A DNA stretch of 64,000 nucleotides from positions 32,001 to 96,000 of the IMG/VR virus record IMGVR_UViG_3300048914_000231; one strand, written 5' to 3'. The notes below the pieces were generated by a model. It searched no databases, had not been told where the DNA came from, and was given only the letters and a program-made list of their open reading frames with translations. The stretch's first letter is position 1; every line of letters begins with the position of its first letter. This document shows positions 1 to 8,492 of this stretch, one piece after another. The DNA comes from a virus. Position numbers and translations under genes: made by a program.

Positions 1-161
1 AGGTGCCGGCCGAAGCCGACCCTCTGGCTGATGATCTTTTCCCACAGGTGACGTCTGGCACCGCGTTCGCCCGCCCGACGCTCGACCCGGCGCACCCGCC
101 CGAACGAAGAGGCTTCGTAAAGCCCTTCAAGGCCCGGTACGGCGCGCCATTGCTCCCACAC
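1..161 (-). CDS. NUMOD4-domain protein, probably HNH homing endonuclease (3' part outside window)
   Basis: Not in ORF track; my translation from GTG 161: WEQWRAVPGLEGLYEASSFGRVRR, matching the NUMOD4 pattern EiWkdIpGyEGlYqVSnlGRVRs. Confidence 0.7.
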   Translation of the reverse strand, partial: MWEQWRAVPGLEGLYEASSFGRVRRVERRAGERGARRHLWEKIISQRVGFGRH

Positions 162-162
162 C

Positions 163-588
163 TCAGTATCCCCGCACCAGCATGCGCAGCGCGCGCAGAA
201 CGCGGTTACGCGGCTTGTAGGCGGCAACGACAATGTCGCGCGCCTCTTCGGCGGACGGGAACCCGAAGCCCGGACGCGCACGCTGCAGCGCCATCATGAT
301 GTCGAGCATGCGGTTGTCCTGCTGGTGCCGGGCGTCCAGCTCCCGTGCGTGCATCTTGCGTTCGAATTGCAGATCATCCAGCAGCTCCGTCTTCTCGCGC
401 GCCAGCGTCTCGGCCTGTCTCAGTGCGCCGGCCAGCTGTTCTTCCAGACGGCGAATGTAGACTTCGACGTCCTGACGCAACACCAGTTCCTTGTGCTGCA
501 GCGCCGGAATCGGCTCCTTGAAAATCGGCCCGATTTCTTCGCCGCTGCTGGAATGGACCGGGATATATGCACGCGTTTGCAGTTCCAT
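163..588 (-). CDS. Hypothetical coiled-coil protein
   Basis: 141-aa ORF abutting the helicase stop codon. Confidence 0.6.
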   Translation of the reverse strand: MELQTRAYIPVHSSSGEEIGPIFKEPIPALQHKELVLRQDVEVYIRRLEEQLAGALRQAETLAREKTELLDDLQFERKMHARELDARHQQDNRMLDIMMALQRARPGFGFPSAEEARDIVVAAYKPRNRVLRALRMLVRGY

Positions 589-2070
589 TTATTCAATCCT
601 TACAATGCTGGCGATGAACTTCATCTTGGCCAGTTCCTGTTTGATGAAGATGGTAAAACCACCCTCCTGATTTCGGGACGCCGCGAAGTACAGCCGCGCC
701 TCGCCGTTTGCCCGTTCTTCGTCGGTAACGTTGATTGAAATCATAATGTCAACCGTGCGGACCTTGTTGTAATCGTCCGCGACGTGCTCGCCCTTGAGCA
801 CAACCGCCTTGCTGCCTTCCCGGTTGCCCTGCGTCGCGGTGAGCATTGCCACATTCTCTTCGGCCGCCAGCGCGCGCAGCGCCAGGTAGATGCTCTTGCT
901 GTTCTCGATCGTGTCCTGGGTACGAAAGTCCGGCGCCATGATGTCGGCGTAGTCGACGACGATCAGGTCGAACTGGATCGGCGGCGCTACCGTGCCGTCA
1001 GGCATCATGCGCGGGCTCTTGTAACGCTCGATGCGCGCCTTCAGCTGGGATGGCGTCAGGGTGCCGGACGGGTACTCGTGAATCTTGATCACGCCCGCGC
1101 GCGGCATGGTCGCCTTGATCTTGCCGGCGACGTCGTGCATGCGGTCCACCAGAAGCTTGACCTCGGTGTCCGACATGGTCGCGTCCATACGTTCGGCGAT
1201 GATGCGGCTGGAGACCTCGCAGGTGGCGTACAGAACGTTGTAGCCGGCCAGACTGGCCGCTTTGGCAAAGTTGATCAGCGCCGTCGTCTTGCCCGATTTC
1301 GGCCCACCCAGCAGCACGGCCAGTTCCTTGCGGCCCCAGCCCATGTGGTAGAGCAGCGCGTCAATGTCCTTGAACCCGGTCGTGATGCCGGTTGGCGGCA
1401 GCTTGCCGGCCTTCTTGTCCGCACGTTCGGCGGTACGGCTTTCGATCTCGGTAAAGTAATCGTATTCGTCGCCGTCGTTGTTCAGGCCAACCTCGCATGC
1501 CGCCCTGACGCGTTTTTCGATCTTGTCAAAGTCACGCTTCTCCAGCAGTTCGACCGCTTCGAGAATCGTGGCCTGCATGGCCTGGTGACGTACGAATTCG
1601 GCCACGCGCTCGGCGATCGGGTCGCCGTCGGACAGGTCCGCGCCGGGGTTGAAGCATGCCCTGAAGGCGTCGACCGCGACCGGCTTGATGTCCGAACGGA
1701 TCACCTTGTCGCGAATGTCGTCCGCGAACATGGTCTTGGCCAGTACCATCGTCGGCACCGTACCGTAGCGCTCGTAATAGCGCAGGGCGATGTTGACCAT
1801 GGCGGCTTCGCCCGCGTTCTCGAAATAGTCCGGTCTGAGCAGGTGCGCCGCCTTGCGCATGAAGGCCAGGTTGCGCATCGCGTGGATCGCAATCTTGGTC
1901 TGAAATTCCTCGTCGAATTCGAACTTGGAGGTGGATATCGCGGCCGGGCCCGCTGCCGCAATCGCCGCCGGCGACGAGGCCGCGCTGTGGGTCGGGTCGT
2001 AGCGTTCGGCGATCATGCCGACGACGGCCCGCTGCGCCGCTTCAATGTCGGTGATTGCCGCTTCGCTCAT
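589..2070 (-). CDS. dnaB: Replicative DNA helicase, DnaB/T4 gp41-like (SF4)
   Basis: ITTGF, Walker A GGPKSGKTT, LIVVDYADIM, TATQGNR motifs. Confidence 0.9.
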   Translation of the reverse strand: MSEAAITDIEAAQRAVVGMIAERYDPTHSAASSPAAIAAAGPAAISTSKFEFDEEFQTKIAIHAMRNLAFMRKAAHLLRPDYFENAGEAAMVNIALRYYERYGTVPTMVLAKTMFADDIRDKVIRSDIKPVAVDAFRACFNPGADLSDGDPIAERVAEFVRHQAMQATILEAVELLEKRDFDKIEKRVRAACEVGLNNDGDEYDYFTEIESRTAERADKKAGKLPPTGITTGFKDIDALLYHMGWGRKELAVLLGGPKSGKTTALINFAKAASLAGYNVLYATCEVSSRIIAERMDATMSDTEVKLLVDRMHDVAGKIKATMPRAGVIKIHEYPSGTLTPSQLKARIERYKSPRMMPDGTVAPPIQFDLIVVDYADIMAPDFRTQDTIENSKSIYLALRALAAEENVAMLTATQGNREGSKAVVLKGEHVADDYNKVRTVDIMISINVTDEERANGEARLYFAASRNQEGGFTIFIKQELAKMKFIASIVRIE

Positions 2071-2531
2071 ACGCGGGTTCCTGCTGCCGCGCGCGAACTG
2101 GCCGGCGCCGCGGTTGTCGTATAGAATTCGCTGATGTCATGCTTGAACAGCACGCGGTCATAGGGTTCCCTGATCGTATCGACAGCATCGCTGCCGGCAC
2201 GCTGGATACAGGCCACGTTCACGGTCAGGGTGTATTTGTCGCTGTGCTTGAGCTTGCCCATGTAAATGTCGCCCGACATTTTCTCGATCACGATGTCGGC
2301 GCCGGACAGCTGCAATGCCTTCAGAAAGGCTTCGTGACCCTTGGTCTTGGATACGGGCGCCGCGCCCGTGCCGCGGTTGACCGGTGCCGGCGTACGCACC
2401 GTGGTCTTGGTACTGCCTGGCAGCGAAATGACCCGGCGCTCTCCCTCTGCCAGGCGACGGCCTTCTTCGATCTGTTGACGACGCAATTCGGCAGCGTCCA
2501 GTTCACGCTGCATATCGGTGGGGTGATTCAT
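2067..2531 (-). CDS. Hfq/Sm-like RNA chaperone homologue
   Basis: AFLKAL...GDIYMGKLKHSDKYTLTV...VLFKHDISEF parallels Hfq PFLNAL...GIKLQGQIESFDQFVILL...MVYKHAISTV. Confidence 0.75.
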   Translation of the reverse strand: MNHPTDMQRELDAAELRRQQIEEGRRLAEGERRVISLPGSTKTTVRTPAPVNRGTGAAPVSKTKGHEAFLKALQLSGADIVIEKMSGDIYMGKLKHSDKYTLTVNVACIQRAGSDAVDTIREPYDRVLFKHDISEFYTTTAAPASSRAAAGTRV

Positions 2532-2588
2532 TTGAAAACTCTCCGTGTTGGGTGGGGTGCGAACTTCTCGCTTGACCCGTTCATTATA

Positions 2589-2602
2589 GTTCAGTGCTGA
2601 CT
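2589..2602. promoter_or_regulatory. Palindromic operator copy 1 (Hfq-like/dnaB promoter)
   Basis: GTTCA-GTGC-TGACT between TTGACA and TATAAT on minus strand. Confidence 0.8.
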
Positions 2603-3324
2603 TATCCTGTCAAGGACATGTCGATCGCCTCTTTAACCGCCGCCCCAGGCAGCAGGGCCAGGGCGGCCTCGATGCGCATGGCGTCGTACTGGTACAACGC
2701 TGTTCGAATTGCAAATTTCGGATGCGCGCGCTGCATGATGCGCTCGGCCAGGTGGCGCTCGTAGGCGATCTGGTCGTCGGCGCCGACAAACTGCGCAACC
2801 GTGTAACGCGGCAGCTTGGCCCACTGAATCCTGCCGCGCTGTTCCATTTCCCACAGGTTGGCCACCTGGATGATCAGGTCCGGGTTGTTCAGCACGTGTG
2901 ACGGGCGCGGCGGCTGGCGCCAGCCATTTTCGGCGCACCAGGCCATCGCGTGCCGGCAAAAGAAATCGTAGCGCATGCCAAGTTCGTCGACTTTCTGACG
3001 CAGCCGCCAGAACGACTTGACTTCCCGGCAATTCATCACGTCCTTGCCCTTGAATGCCACCATGAAACGCTTCTTGCGGTCGAAACATTCACCCATGTGG
3101 TCGCCATAGGCGCGGTTGTAGCAGTGCGCCAGCAGGTAGGTTGCCACCGTGGGGTGCAGGGGCCGGTAGTCGAACCATTTGCTTTTATATAATGCGGGCT
3201 CGTGCGCGAGAATCTTGCGGTCGATCCGGGCGATGGCCAGCGCGTCCCGCGTGCGCTCATCGATCTTCATGCCGAAAAAAGGACCATGCAGGGTTTCCAT
3301 TTCCGCATCGCTTGGGTGTTGCAT
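2602..3324 (-). CDS. Hypothetical phage protein in replication module
   Basis: 240-aa ORF with GGAGG RBS; no motif recognised. Confidence 0.7.
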   Translation of the reverse strand: MQHPSDAEMETLHGPFFGMKIDERTRDALAIARIDRKILAHEPALYKSKWFDYRPLHPTVATYLLAHCYNRAYGDHMGECFDRKKRFMVAFKGKDVMNCREVKSFWRLRQKVDELGMRYDFFCRHAMAWCAENGWRQPPRPSHVLNNPDLIIQVANLWEMEQRGRIQWAKLPRYTVAQFVGADDQIAYERHLAERIMQRAHPKFAIRTALYQYDAMRIEAALALLPGAAVKEAIDMSLTG

Positions 3325-3456
3325 GGGGCTTGCCTCCGTTTTCGAAAATACTTTAATATTTCATTACTTACATATTGAATATAGAAAGAACTTATCGAAA
3401 AAGGGTGGAGACCCCAAGCTCCACCCCAAGCTCTTTCGAACAGATTGTCGCGGCGT

Positions 3457-4218
3457 TCAGTACGTTGCGATAGAGGGAGAGAACTCGCGGGCCTCGAATG
3501 CCTCGATCACTTCCTGGACGAACCCGGAGCGTACGATGTCCTGCTTGCGGAAAGCAACCACTTTCACGACCGGAATGTGCTGCAGCCGGGCCGCTGTTTC
3601 CATCAGGCCTGACTTCTTGATATCGGCCTGGGTCTCGTCGCCGTTGATGACGACGGTGGCGCCTTCGCCCATGCGGGTCAGGAACAGCTTGAACTGCTCC
3701 ACGGTCGCGTTCTGGGCCTCGTCCAGGATCACGAATGCGTTTCTGAAGGTCTTGCCGCGCATGTAGGCGAACGGTTCGCACTTGATGCGGCCATCCTTGA
3801 TCAGGTATTCGACGAACGAGCGGCCGAGGCGCTCCTCCAGCACGTCGCGGAACGGATCGAAATAGGGGTCGAACTTCTGTTCCTTTTCGCCAGGCAGAAA
3901 GCCCAGATTCTCGCCGCCGGCTTCGACCGCCGGGCGCGTCAGGATGATCTTCTCGACCCGATTGTCCAGCAGGGCTTCGGCCGCCAGGCAGCCCGCGACA
4001 TAGGTCTTGCCGGTGCCGGCCGGGCCGAGGCCAAACACCACACTGCCGGCGCGGCGCATGGACGACGCGTACACGCGCTGGTGTTCGGTCTTCGGTTCGA
4101 AAGGCTGTGCCCTGGGACGCGCCGGTGGCGGCAGTGAGCCCGCCATTTGCTGCTCCGGGAGCATTCCCGCATGTTTGGCTGCACGGCGGGATTTGTCGTT
4201 GGATTGCTTGTTGCGCAT
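3457..4218 (-). CDS. phoH: PhoH-family ATPase
   Basis: GPAGTGKT, ILTRPAVE, LGFLPG, AYMRGKTF, ILDEAQN, GDETQAD, DIVRS motifs. Confidence 0.95.
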   Translation of the reverse strand: MRNKQSNDKSRRAAKHAGMLPEQQMAGSLPPPARPRAQPFEPKTEHQRVYASSMRRAGSVVFGLGPAGTGKTYVAGCLAAEALLDNRVEKIILTRPAVEAGGENLGFLPGEKEQKFDPYFDPFRDVLEERLGRSFVEYLIKDGRIKCEPFAYMRGKTFRNAFVILDEAQNATVEQFKLFLTRMGEGATVVINGDETQADIKKSGLMETAARLQHIPVVKVVAFRKQDIVRSGFVQEVIEAFEAREFSPSIATY

Positions 4219-4255
4219 GAGGCATTCCTGGTCGGTGATCGGAGCCCCAACTATA

Positions 4256-4269
4256 ACTCAGCGATGACT
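4256..4269. promoter_or_regulatory. Operator copy 2 (phoH)
   Basis: ACTCA-GCGA-TGACT next to TATAGT. Confidence 0.65.
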
Positions 4270-4284
4270 GATCGAACAGTAAGA

Positions 4285-4310
4285 AAAAGCCGCTCATGGC
4301 GGCTTTCTTT
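4285..4310 (-). terminator. Intrinsic terminator after lysis cassette
   Basis: AAAAAGCCGC-tcatg-GCGGCTTT hairpin with T tract. Confidence 0.7.
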
Positions 4311-4656
4311 ATCTGGCTTGCTGTTTCAACCAGTCATTTACGGCGTCGACCAGCTCGTCATGCCGGCGCGCCAGTTCCCGGTACATTCTGGTGACGGTGA
4401 TGCTGTCGTCAGCCAGTTCCTTCAGGCCGATACTGCTCGGCGCACTGTCGGCGGCGGCCGGGTCAACCGGCAGGACCGGCAGCGGGCGGCTCCTGGTCAT
4501 CGCGGCCGCCGGCGGCACGAAGCTCGGCCCCGGTACGGGCGGCGTTGAGCAGCCGGACAGTGCCAGCATCAAGCACAGGATAATCCAGGTCGCGATGATC
4601 AGCCTGAACAGGGTTGGCGGCTTCGGCGCCGGGTCGCTGGTCGTTGACAGGGGCAT
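4309..4656 (-). CDS. o-spanin (Rz1-like lipoprotein)
   Basis: Signal peptide with lipobox LSGC, Pro-rich; overlaps 3' end of i-spanin. Confidence 0.75.
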   Translation of the reverse strand: MPLSTTSDPAPKPPTLFRLIIATWIILCLMLALSGCSTPPVPGPSFVPPAAAMTRSRPLPVLPVDPAAADSAPSSIGLKELADDSITVTRMYRELARRHDELVDAVNDWLKQQAR

Positions 4657-4924
4657 GGTGATTCTCCTTGTAGGTGGGCTTGTTCAGGCGTGTGCTGACC
4701 TGCGCGCGTATGTCTTCGATGCGCGCGCCATCCGCACGTACGTCGCTGTCGACCTTCTCGCTTGTCTGGACCGCGTGTTCGATATTCAGGCTGGTCGCGT
4801 GCCTGTCGATCCGCAGCTGCATGACCTTCTTGTGCTCGTCGAAATAGCCGCGGTAGGCCCAGCCGGCGCCGAACACCGTCAGCACCAGCGCGAACCAGAT
4901 CAGGAGTCGCTCTGGCAGGCCCAT
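4463..4924 (-). CDS. i-spanin (Rz-like)
   Basis: N-terminal TM helix, coiled periplasmic region, VRLLNAAR motif; downstream of holin and endolysin. Confidence 0.75.
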   Translation of the reverse strand: MGLPERLLIWFALVLTVFGAGWAYRGYFDEHKKVMQLRIDRHATSLNIEHAVQTSEKVDSDVRADGARIEDIRAQVSTRLNKPTYKENHHAPVNDQRPGAEAANPVQADHRDLDYPVLDAGTVRLLNAARTGAELRAAGGRDDQEPPAAGPAG

Positions 4925-5148
4925 TACTTCGCCTCCAGCGGGTGGCTGGTCACGAAGCGCAGCACGACGTTGGCGATCGTGATGGCCATCAGCGTGTTCT
5001 GGTAGTGGGTCGGGCCGAGCACCGGCTGCAGCTGCGGGATGAGTTGCAGAATCTGGTCCGAGTAGGCAAGGCCCAGGGCGGCGGCGGTGTTGAACCAGAC
5101 GGTCTTCGAACGCCAGATGTTCTTCAGCTTGTCGATGAATTTTTGCAT
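4924..5148 (-). CDS. Holin-like membrane protein
   Basis: 74 aa, two hydrophobic segments, WRSKTVWFN motif, lysis context. Confidence 0.7.
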   Translation of the reverse strand: MQKFIDKLKNIWRSKTVWFNTAAALGLAYSDQILQLIPQLQPVLGPTHYQNTLMAITIANVVLRFVTSHPLEAK

Positions 5149-5151
5149 GTG

Positions 5152-5787
5152 CTACTCCTTGATGATGGCCTGGATCGCACGCAGGCGCACCAGACGGTTG
5201 ATAAAGCCGATCGCGTCACCGTAGGCGGTGGTTTTCCTGCCGATGTTGACGATGTCGCACACGCCGTCGAAATCGTTGTGATCGGCGTAGTCGTTGCAGC
5301 CGCGGGTTTTCCAGAACCAGGCGGCCGACATCAGCGCACCTTCCGGCGAACGCAGCCAGGCGTACATGTCCTCGTCGCGCTTGCCGAAAAAGGCCGCGCA
5401 GGCGTGCTGGTTGGCCTTGAAGGTCAGCTGGATGGCGCCGGCGCCGCGGTAGCGCCATCCATCGCCCGATTTTTCATCGCCATTACCGCCGCGCAGGGCA
5501 TACACCCTGTTGGCGATTCTCTCGGGCTGGCGCGCGTACTGCGCCGCGGTGGCGGCGTCGAACCGTTTGGGCCAGGTGCGCATCAGGCCTTCGGCGCTGT
5601 AGTTGAGGTTTTCCTCCAGGTGGCGCAGATCGTCCGATTCATAGGCGACCGTGGCCATGAACATTGTCAGGCGGTTGCGCGTGGTGGCGCCGGCCAGGTT
5701 GATGGCCATGGGGAGGTAGGGGAGAAAATCTTGCGCGCGCGTGCCCAACATCGGCATGCACGCCTGCAGTTGGGCGAGCGTGAGCAT
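5152..5787 (-). CDS. Endolysin, glycoside hydrolase family 19 (chitinase-like)
   Basis: ENLNYSAEGL, IANRVY, GDGWRYRGAGAIQLT, SAAWFW; start re-called at MLTLAQ. Confidence 0.9.
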   Translation of the reverse strand: MLTLAQLQACMPMLGTRAQDFLPYLPMAINLAGATTRNRLTMFMATVAYESDDLRHLEENLNYSAEGLMRTWPKRFDAATAAQYARQPERIANRVYALRGGNGDEKSGDGWRYRGAGAIQLTFKANQHACAAFFGKRDEDMYAWLRSPEGALMSAAWFWKTRGCNDYADHNDFDGVCDIVNIGRKTTAYGDAIGFINRLVRLRAIQAIIKE

Positions 5788-5789
5788 GA

Positions 5790-6104
5790 TCAGTTGGCGT
5801 AGTGTTTGATGACCTGGCCGCCGATGTAGATGACGCCGGAACCGAAAGCGGCCCACATCCATTTCATGGCGGTCGAGATACCGGCGATGTTTGCCTCGAA
5901 CTTGGCGTGGTCGAGTACCACGGCGGTCAGGCGTTCGTCCAGCTTGTCCTGACGCGTGATCATCTTTTCGATGGCCGTGTTGGCGGTCAGGTTGCGTTCT
6001 TCGAGGACGGAGAGTTTGGTCAGGGCGTCCGCCATCTTGCTCATTGCCGAGCGGATGTCGCGCATTTCCTCCTGCAGGATGTGCAGGCTGTCTTGGTCAG
6101 GCAT
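5790..6104 (-). CDS. Coiled-coil protein with C-terminal TM helix (XhlA/holin-like)
   Basis: Coiled coil plus hydrophobic C-terminus immediately upstream of endolysin. Confidence 0.55.
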   Translation of the reverse strand: MPDQDSLHILQEEMRDIRSAMSKMADALTKLSVLEERNLTANTAIEKMITRQDKLDERLTAVVLDHAKFEANIAGISTAMKWMWAAFGSGVIYIGGQVIKHYAN

Positions 6105-6195
6105 TATTTGTCCTTGTGAGGTTGGAATGTCGACCTTTGACGTTCGCTCGCAAAGAAGTCTGCCGGCGATTCTAACAGAAAAGCCGGCAGTTGTA

Positions 6196-6209
6196 AGTCA
6201 GCGCTGACT
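6196..6209. promoter_or_regulatory. Operator copy 3 (lysis operon)
   Basis: AGTCA-GCGC-TGACT. Confidence 0.8.
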
Positions 6210-6213
6210 AAAT

Positions 6214-6654
6214 TCAGGACAAACCAAGGAACTTTTTTACGGTCAGCAGCGTACTGGCGAAAGGGTGACTCCAGACGGCGTTGGCGACATCGTCCGCACT
6301 GGGTGCGCTGCCCGTTCCGCCTCCCGACCCGGCGGCGCTGGTCGTGGCGAACGCAAGCGACTTGGTCTGGAAAACGAACACGCCGGCCACGCCCACCACT
6401 TCGGCATTGATATTGCCCGTGATGGTGTAGTTGCCGGCTACCGGGAAGCGCAGCTTCCAGCCGTTGATGAAGTCCACCGAGTAGAAGTAGCCACCCCCGC
6501 CCACGTCCAGCGCGCGGAACGTGTGAATTGGCGGAAACAACATGCCGGTCGTCGATGCCTCCAGCGCGCGCAAGTCCTGGTGAAAGGTTACCAGGTCCGT
6601 AATGCTGGAGGACGAATCGATGATTCTGTTGTCCCAGTCGGGGGTAAGGGCCAT
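6214..6654 (-). CDS. Putative virion accessory protein
   Basis: 146 aa, beta-rich, last gene of the 6.2-11.7 kb operon. Confidence 0.55.
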   Translation of the reverse strand: MALTPDWDNRIIDSSSSITDLVTFHQDLRALEASTTGMLFPPIHTFRALDVGGGGYFYSVDFINGWKLRFPVAGNYTITGNINAEVVGVAGVFVFQTKSLAFATTSAAGSGGGTGSAPSADDVANAVWSHPFASTLLTVKKFLGLS

Positions 6655-6656
6655 GA

Positions 6657-8087
6657 TTACTGGTCGCTGCTACGGATCACGTTCAGGGAGCCGCCATTGC
6701 TACCGACGGCGAAGGTGGCTTCGAACGGCTGGATCACGGCGTTGTTGTTGCGTACCACCACGCGCGCGGTGAACGGGGCGTTATACAGGAACGTCACCGA
6801 CTCCGACGTGCCTGTGGCCGTCTTGAACAGGAACGGTACGAACGCGACCGCGTTGGCGGAAAGGGCGGTGCCGGTCTGGGCGCCGAGCGTGAACACCTTG
6901 CCGGCCCAGGACATGTAGGCGAACGACCTGGTGCCGACCACAATGGTGCCCGCGGCCGGCGTGTCCGGCGAGACGGTCTCGTTGACGGTGATGGTCGTGG
7001 CGGTCGATCCGTGGGCGCCATTCAGGGTGTACTCGTCCTGCTTGATGCCGCTGCCGGTATCGCGCCCGACCACGATGGCGTCGCCCGCCGTCAGGTTCGA
7101 AATCGTGATGCCAACGATGTTCGGCGGCACCTGGCTGGTGCCGTCGGCGGCCGTCAGCTGGTAGTTTTGCGATTCGGCCGGCAGCACGCCGGCGATCTTC
7201 CAGCCACGCGCGAGAATCCATTTGCCGGCCGAGAACGTGCCCATCGGCGCCGCGTCGTTCGGCGTGTAGCCGCCCAGCGCGCGAAAGCGCCAGCCCTCGA
7301 TGCCATTGATCGAGACGGTCGACGTCTCCGAGCAGATCGCCTGGCAGTACTGGTAGGCTTCCTGCAGCGTGCAGCCGTTTTGCAGCGTGATGGTGGCGTC
7401 GTAGTTCTTGCTGCCATTGCCATTGCCAAGGTCGAGCGTGGTGGCGCCGACCGTGATCACGACCTTGGGCGTGCCGCCGGTGCCCAGCGCGAGCGCGTTG
7501 GCCAGGGTCAGGGTGGCCGCGTTGTCGACCGACACCGACAGTGCCGCCGAGTTCTCGCCGCCGGCGGAGAGGTCGACGTCGAAGGTCGAGAAGGTGTTGC
7601 CCCACTGGCGCGAGAACACGGTTGCGGTGCCGCCGCCGATGAACGCGCCCGCGTCCTTGGCCTTGACCATGATCTGGATATGACCATTGGCCCAGTACTT
7701 GGTCAGCTTGGCGTTGTTCTGCACGACGTAGATCGACGAGCCGGCGACGATCGTGCCGATCGACTTGATGCCGGCGTACATCGTGTTGCCGCCGCTTTGC
7801 TTGATCGAACCCTTGTTGATGAACTGCGCCACCGAATCATCGATGTTGAAGCCATTGATCAGGTTCAGGCGCGATGCCACAAGCGTGTCGCGCGGGCCGT
7901 CCAGCTTGGACGGGTTGGAGGACAGGATCGACAGCTGGTCGTCGCCAGACTGGGCAAGATTGTCGGCCAGGTCCTGCAGCCAGGTGTGCAGGTCGAGGAC
8001 CGGATAGACGTTGGTGGTAGCCGGCGACGCAGCCCGGCGGATATTGCCAGATGCATCGATCTGGAAGTCTGCTGCATTGATGGTCAT
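6657..8087 (-). CDS. Putative virion fibre/structural protein
   Basis: 476 aa, G/T/A/S-rich beta-type sequence. Confidence 0.6.
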   Translation of the reverse strand: MTINAADFQIDASGNIRRAASPATTNVYPVLDLHTWLQDLADNLAQSGDDQLSILSSNPSKLDGPRDTLVASRLNLINGFNIDDSVAQFINKGSIKQSGGNTMYAGIKSIGTIVAGSSIYVVQNNAKLTKYWANGHIQIMVKAKDAGAFIGGGTATVFSRQWGNTFSTFDVDLSAGGENSAALSVSVDNAATLTLANALALGTGGTPKVVITVGATTLDLGNGNGSKNYDATITLQNGCTLQEAYQYCQAICSETSTVSINGIEGWRFRALGGYTPNDAAPMGTFSAGKWILARGWKIAGVLPAESQNYQLTAADGTSQVPPNIVGITISNLTAGDAIVVGRDTGSGIKQDEYTLNGAHGSTATTITVNETVSPDTPAAGTIVVGTRSFAYMSWAGKVFTLGAQTGTALSANAVAFVPFLFKTATGTSESVTFLYNAPFTARVVVRNNNAVIQPFEATFAVGSNGGSLNVIRSSDQ

Positions 8088-8090
8088 TGC

Positions 8091-8492
8091 TTACTCGTCC
8101 GAGAGCTGGTTGATAAAGATGGATTGCGTACCAAGCGCTGCGACAGCCTGCGTCTCGTACGGCTGGTAATACGGTGCGCCGCTTGCCTTGCGTACCTTGA
8201 TCCTGAGGTTGTTGCGGGCGCTGCCGGACAGGTACACCGGCACCAGCATCGACACCACGACGTCCGTTGTCGTGCCCGAGACCGCCATTTCACCGGCGCC
8301 GTTTTCTACGTCGTAGGTTGATCCGACCACCACGTTGGTCAGGACCAGGGTCATCGACCCGACCGGATCGGTGGCCAGCAGCTGGCGTTCGATGACGTGG
8401 CCGAAATTGACATTCATCCTGCCGTTATCGGACGGGAGCTCCATCGTTCCGCCGCCGGTCCCGCGCATATTGATAAACATGGCGTTTGACAT
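8091..8492 (-). CDS. Hypothetical structural protein
   Basis: 133 aa, translationally coupled to neighbours. Confidence 0.55.
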   Translation of the reverse strand: MSNAMFINMRGTGGGTMELPSDNGRMNVNFGHVIERQLLATDPVGSMTLVLTNVVVGSTYDVENGAGEMAVSGTTTDVVVSMLVPVYLSGSARNNLRIKVRKASGAPYYQPYETQAVAALGTQSIFINQLSDE

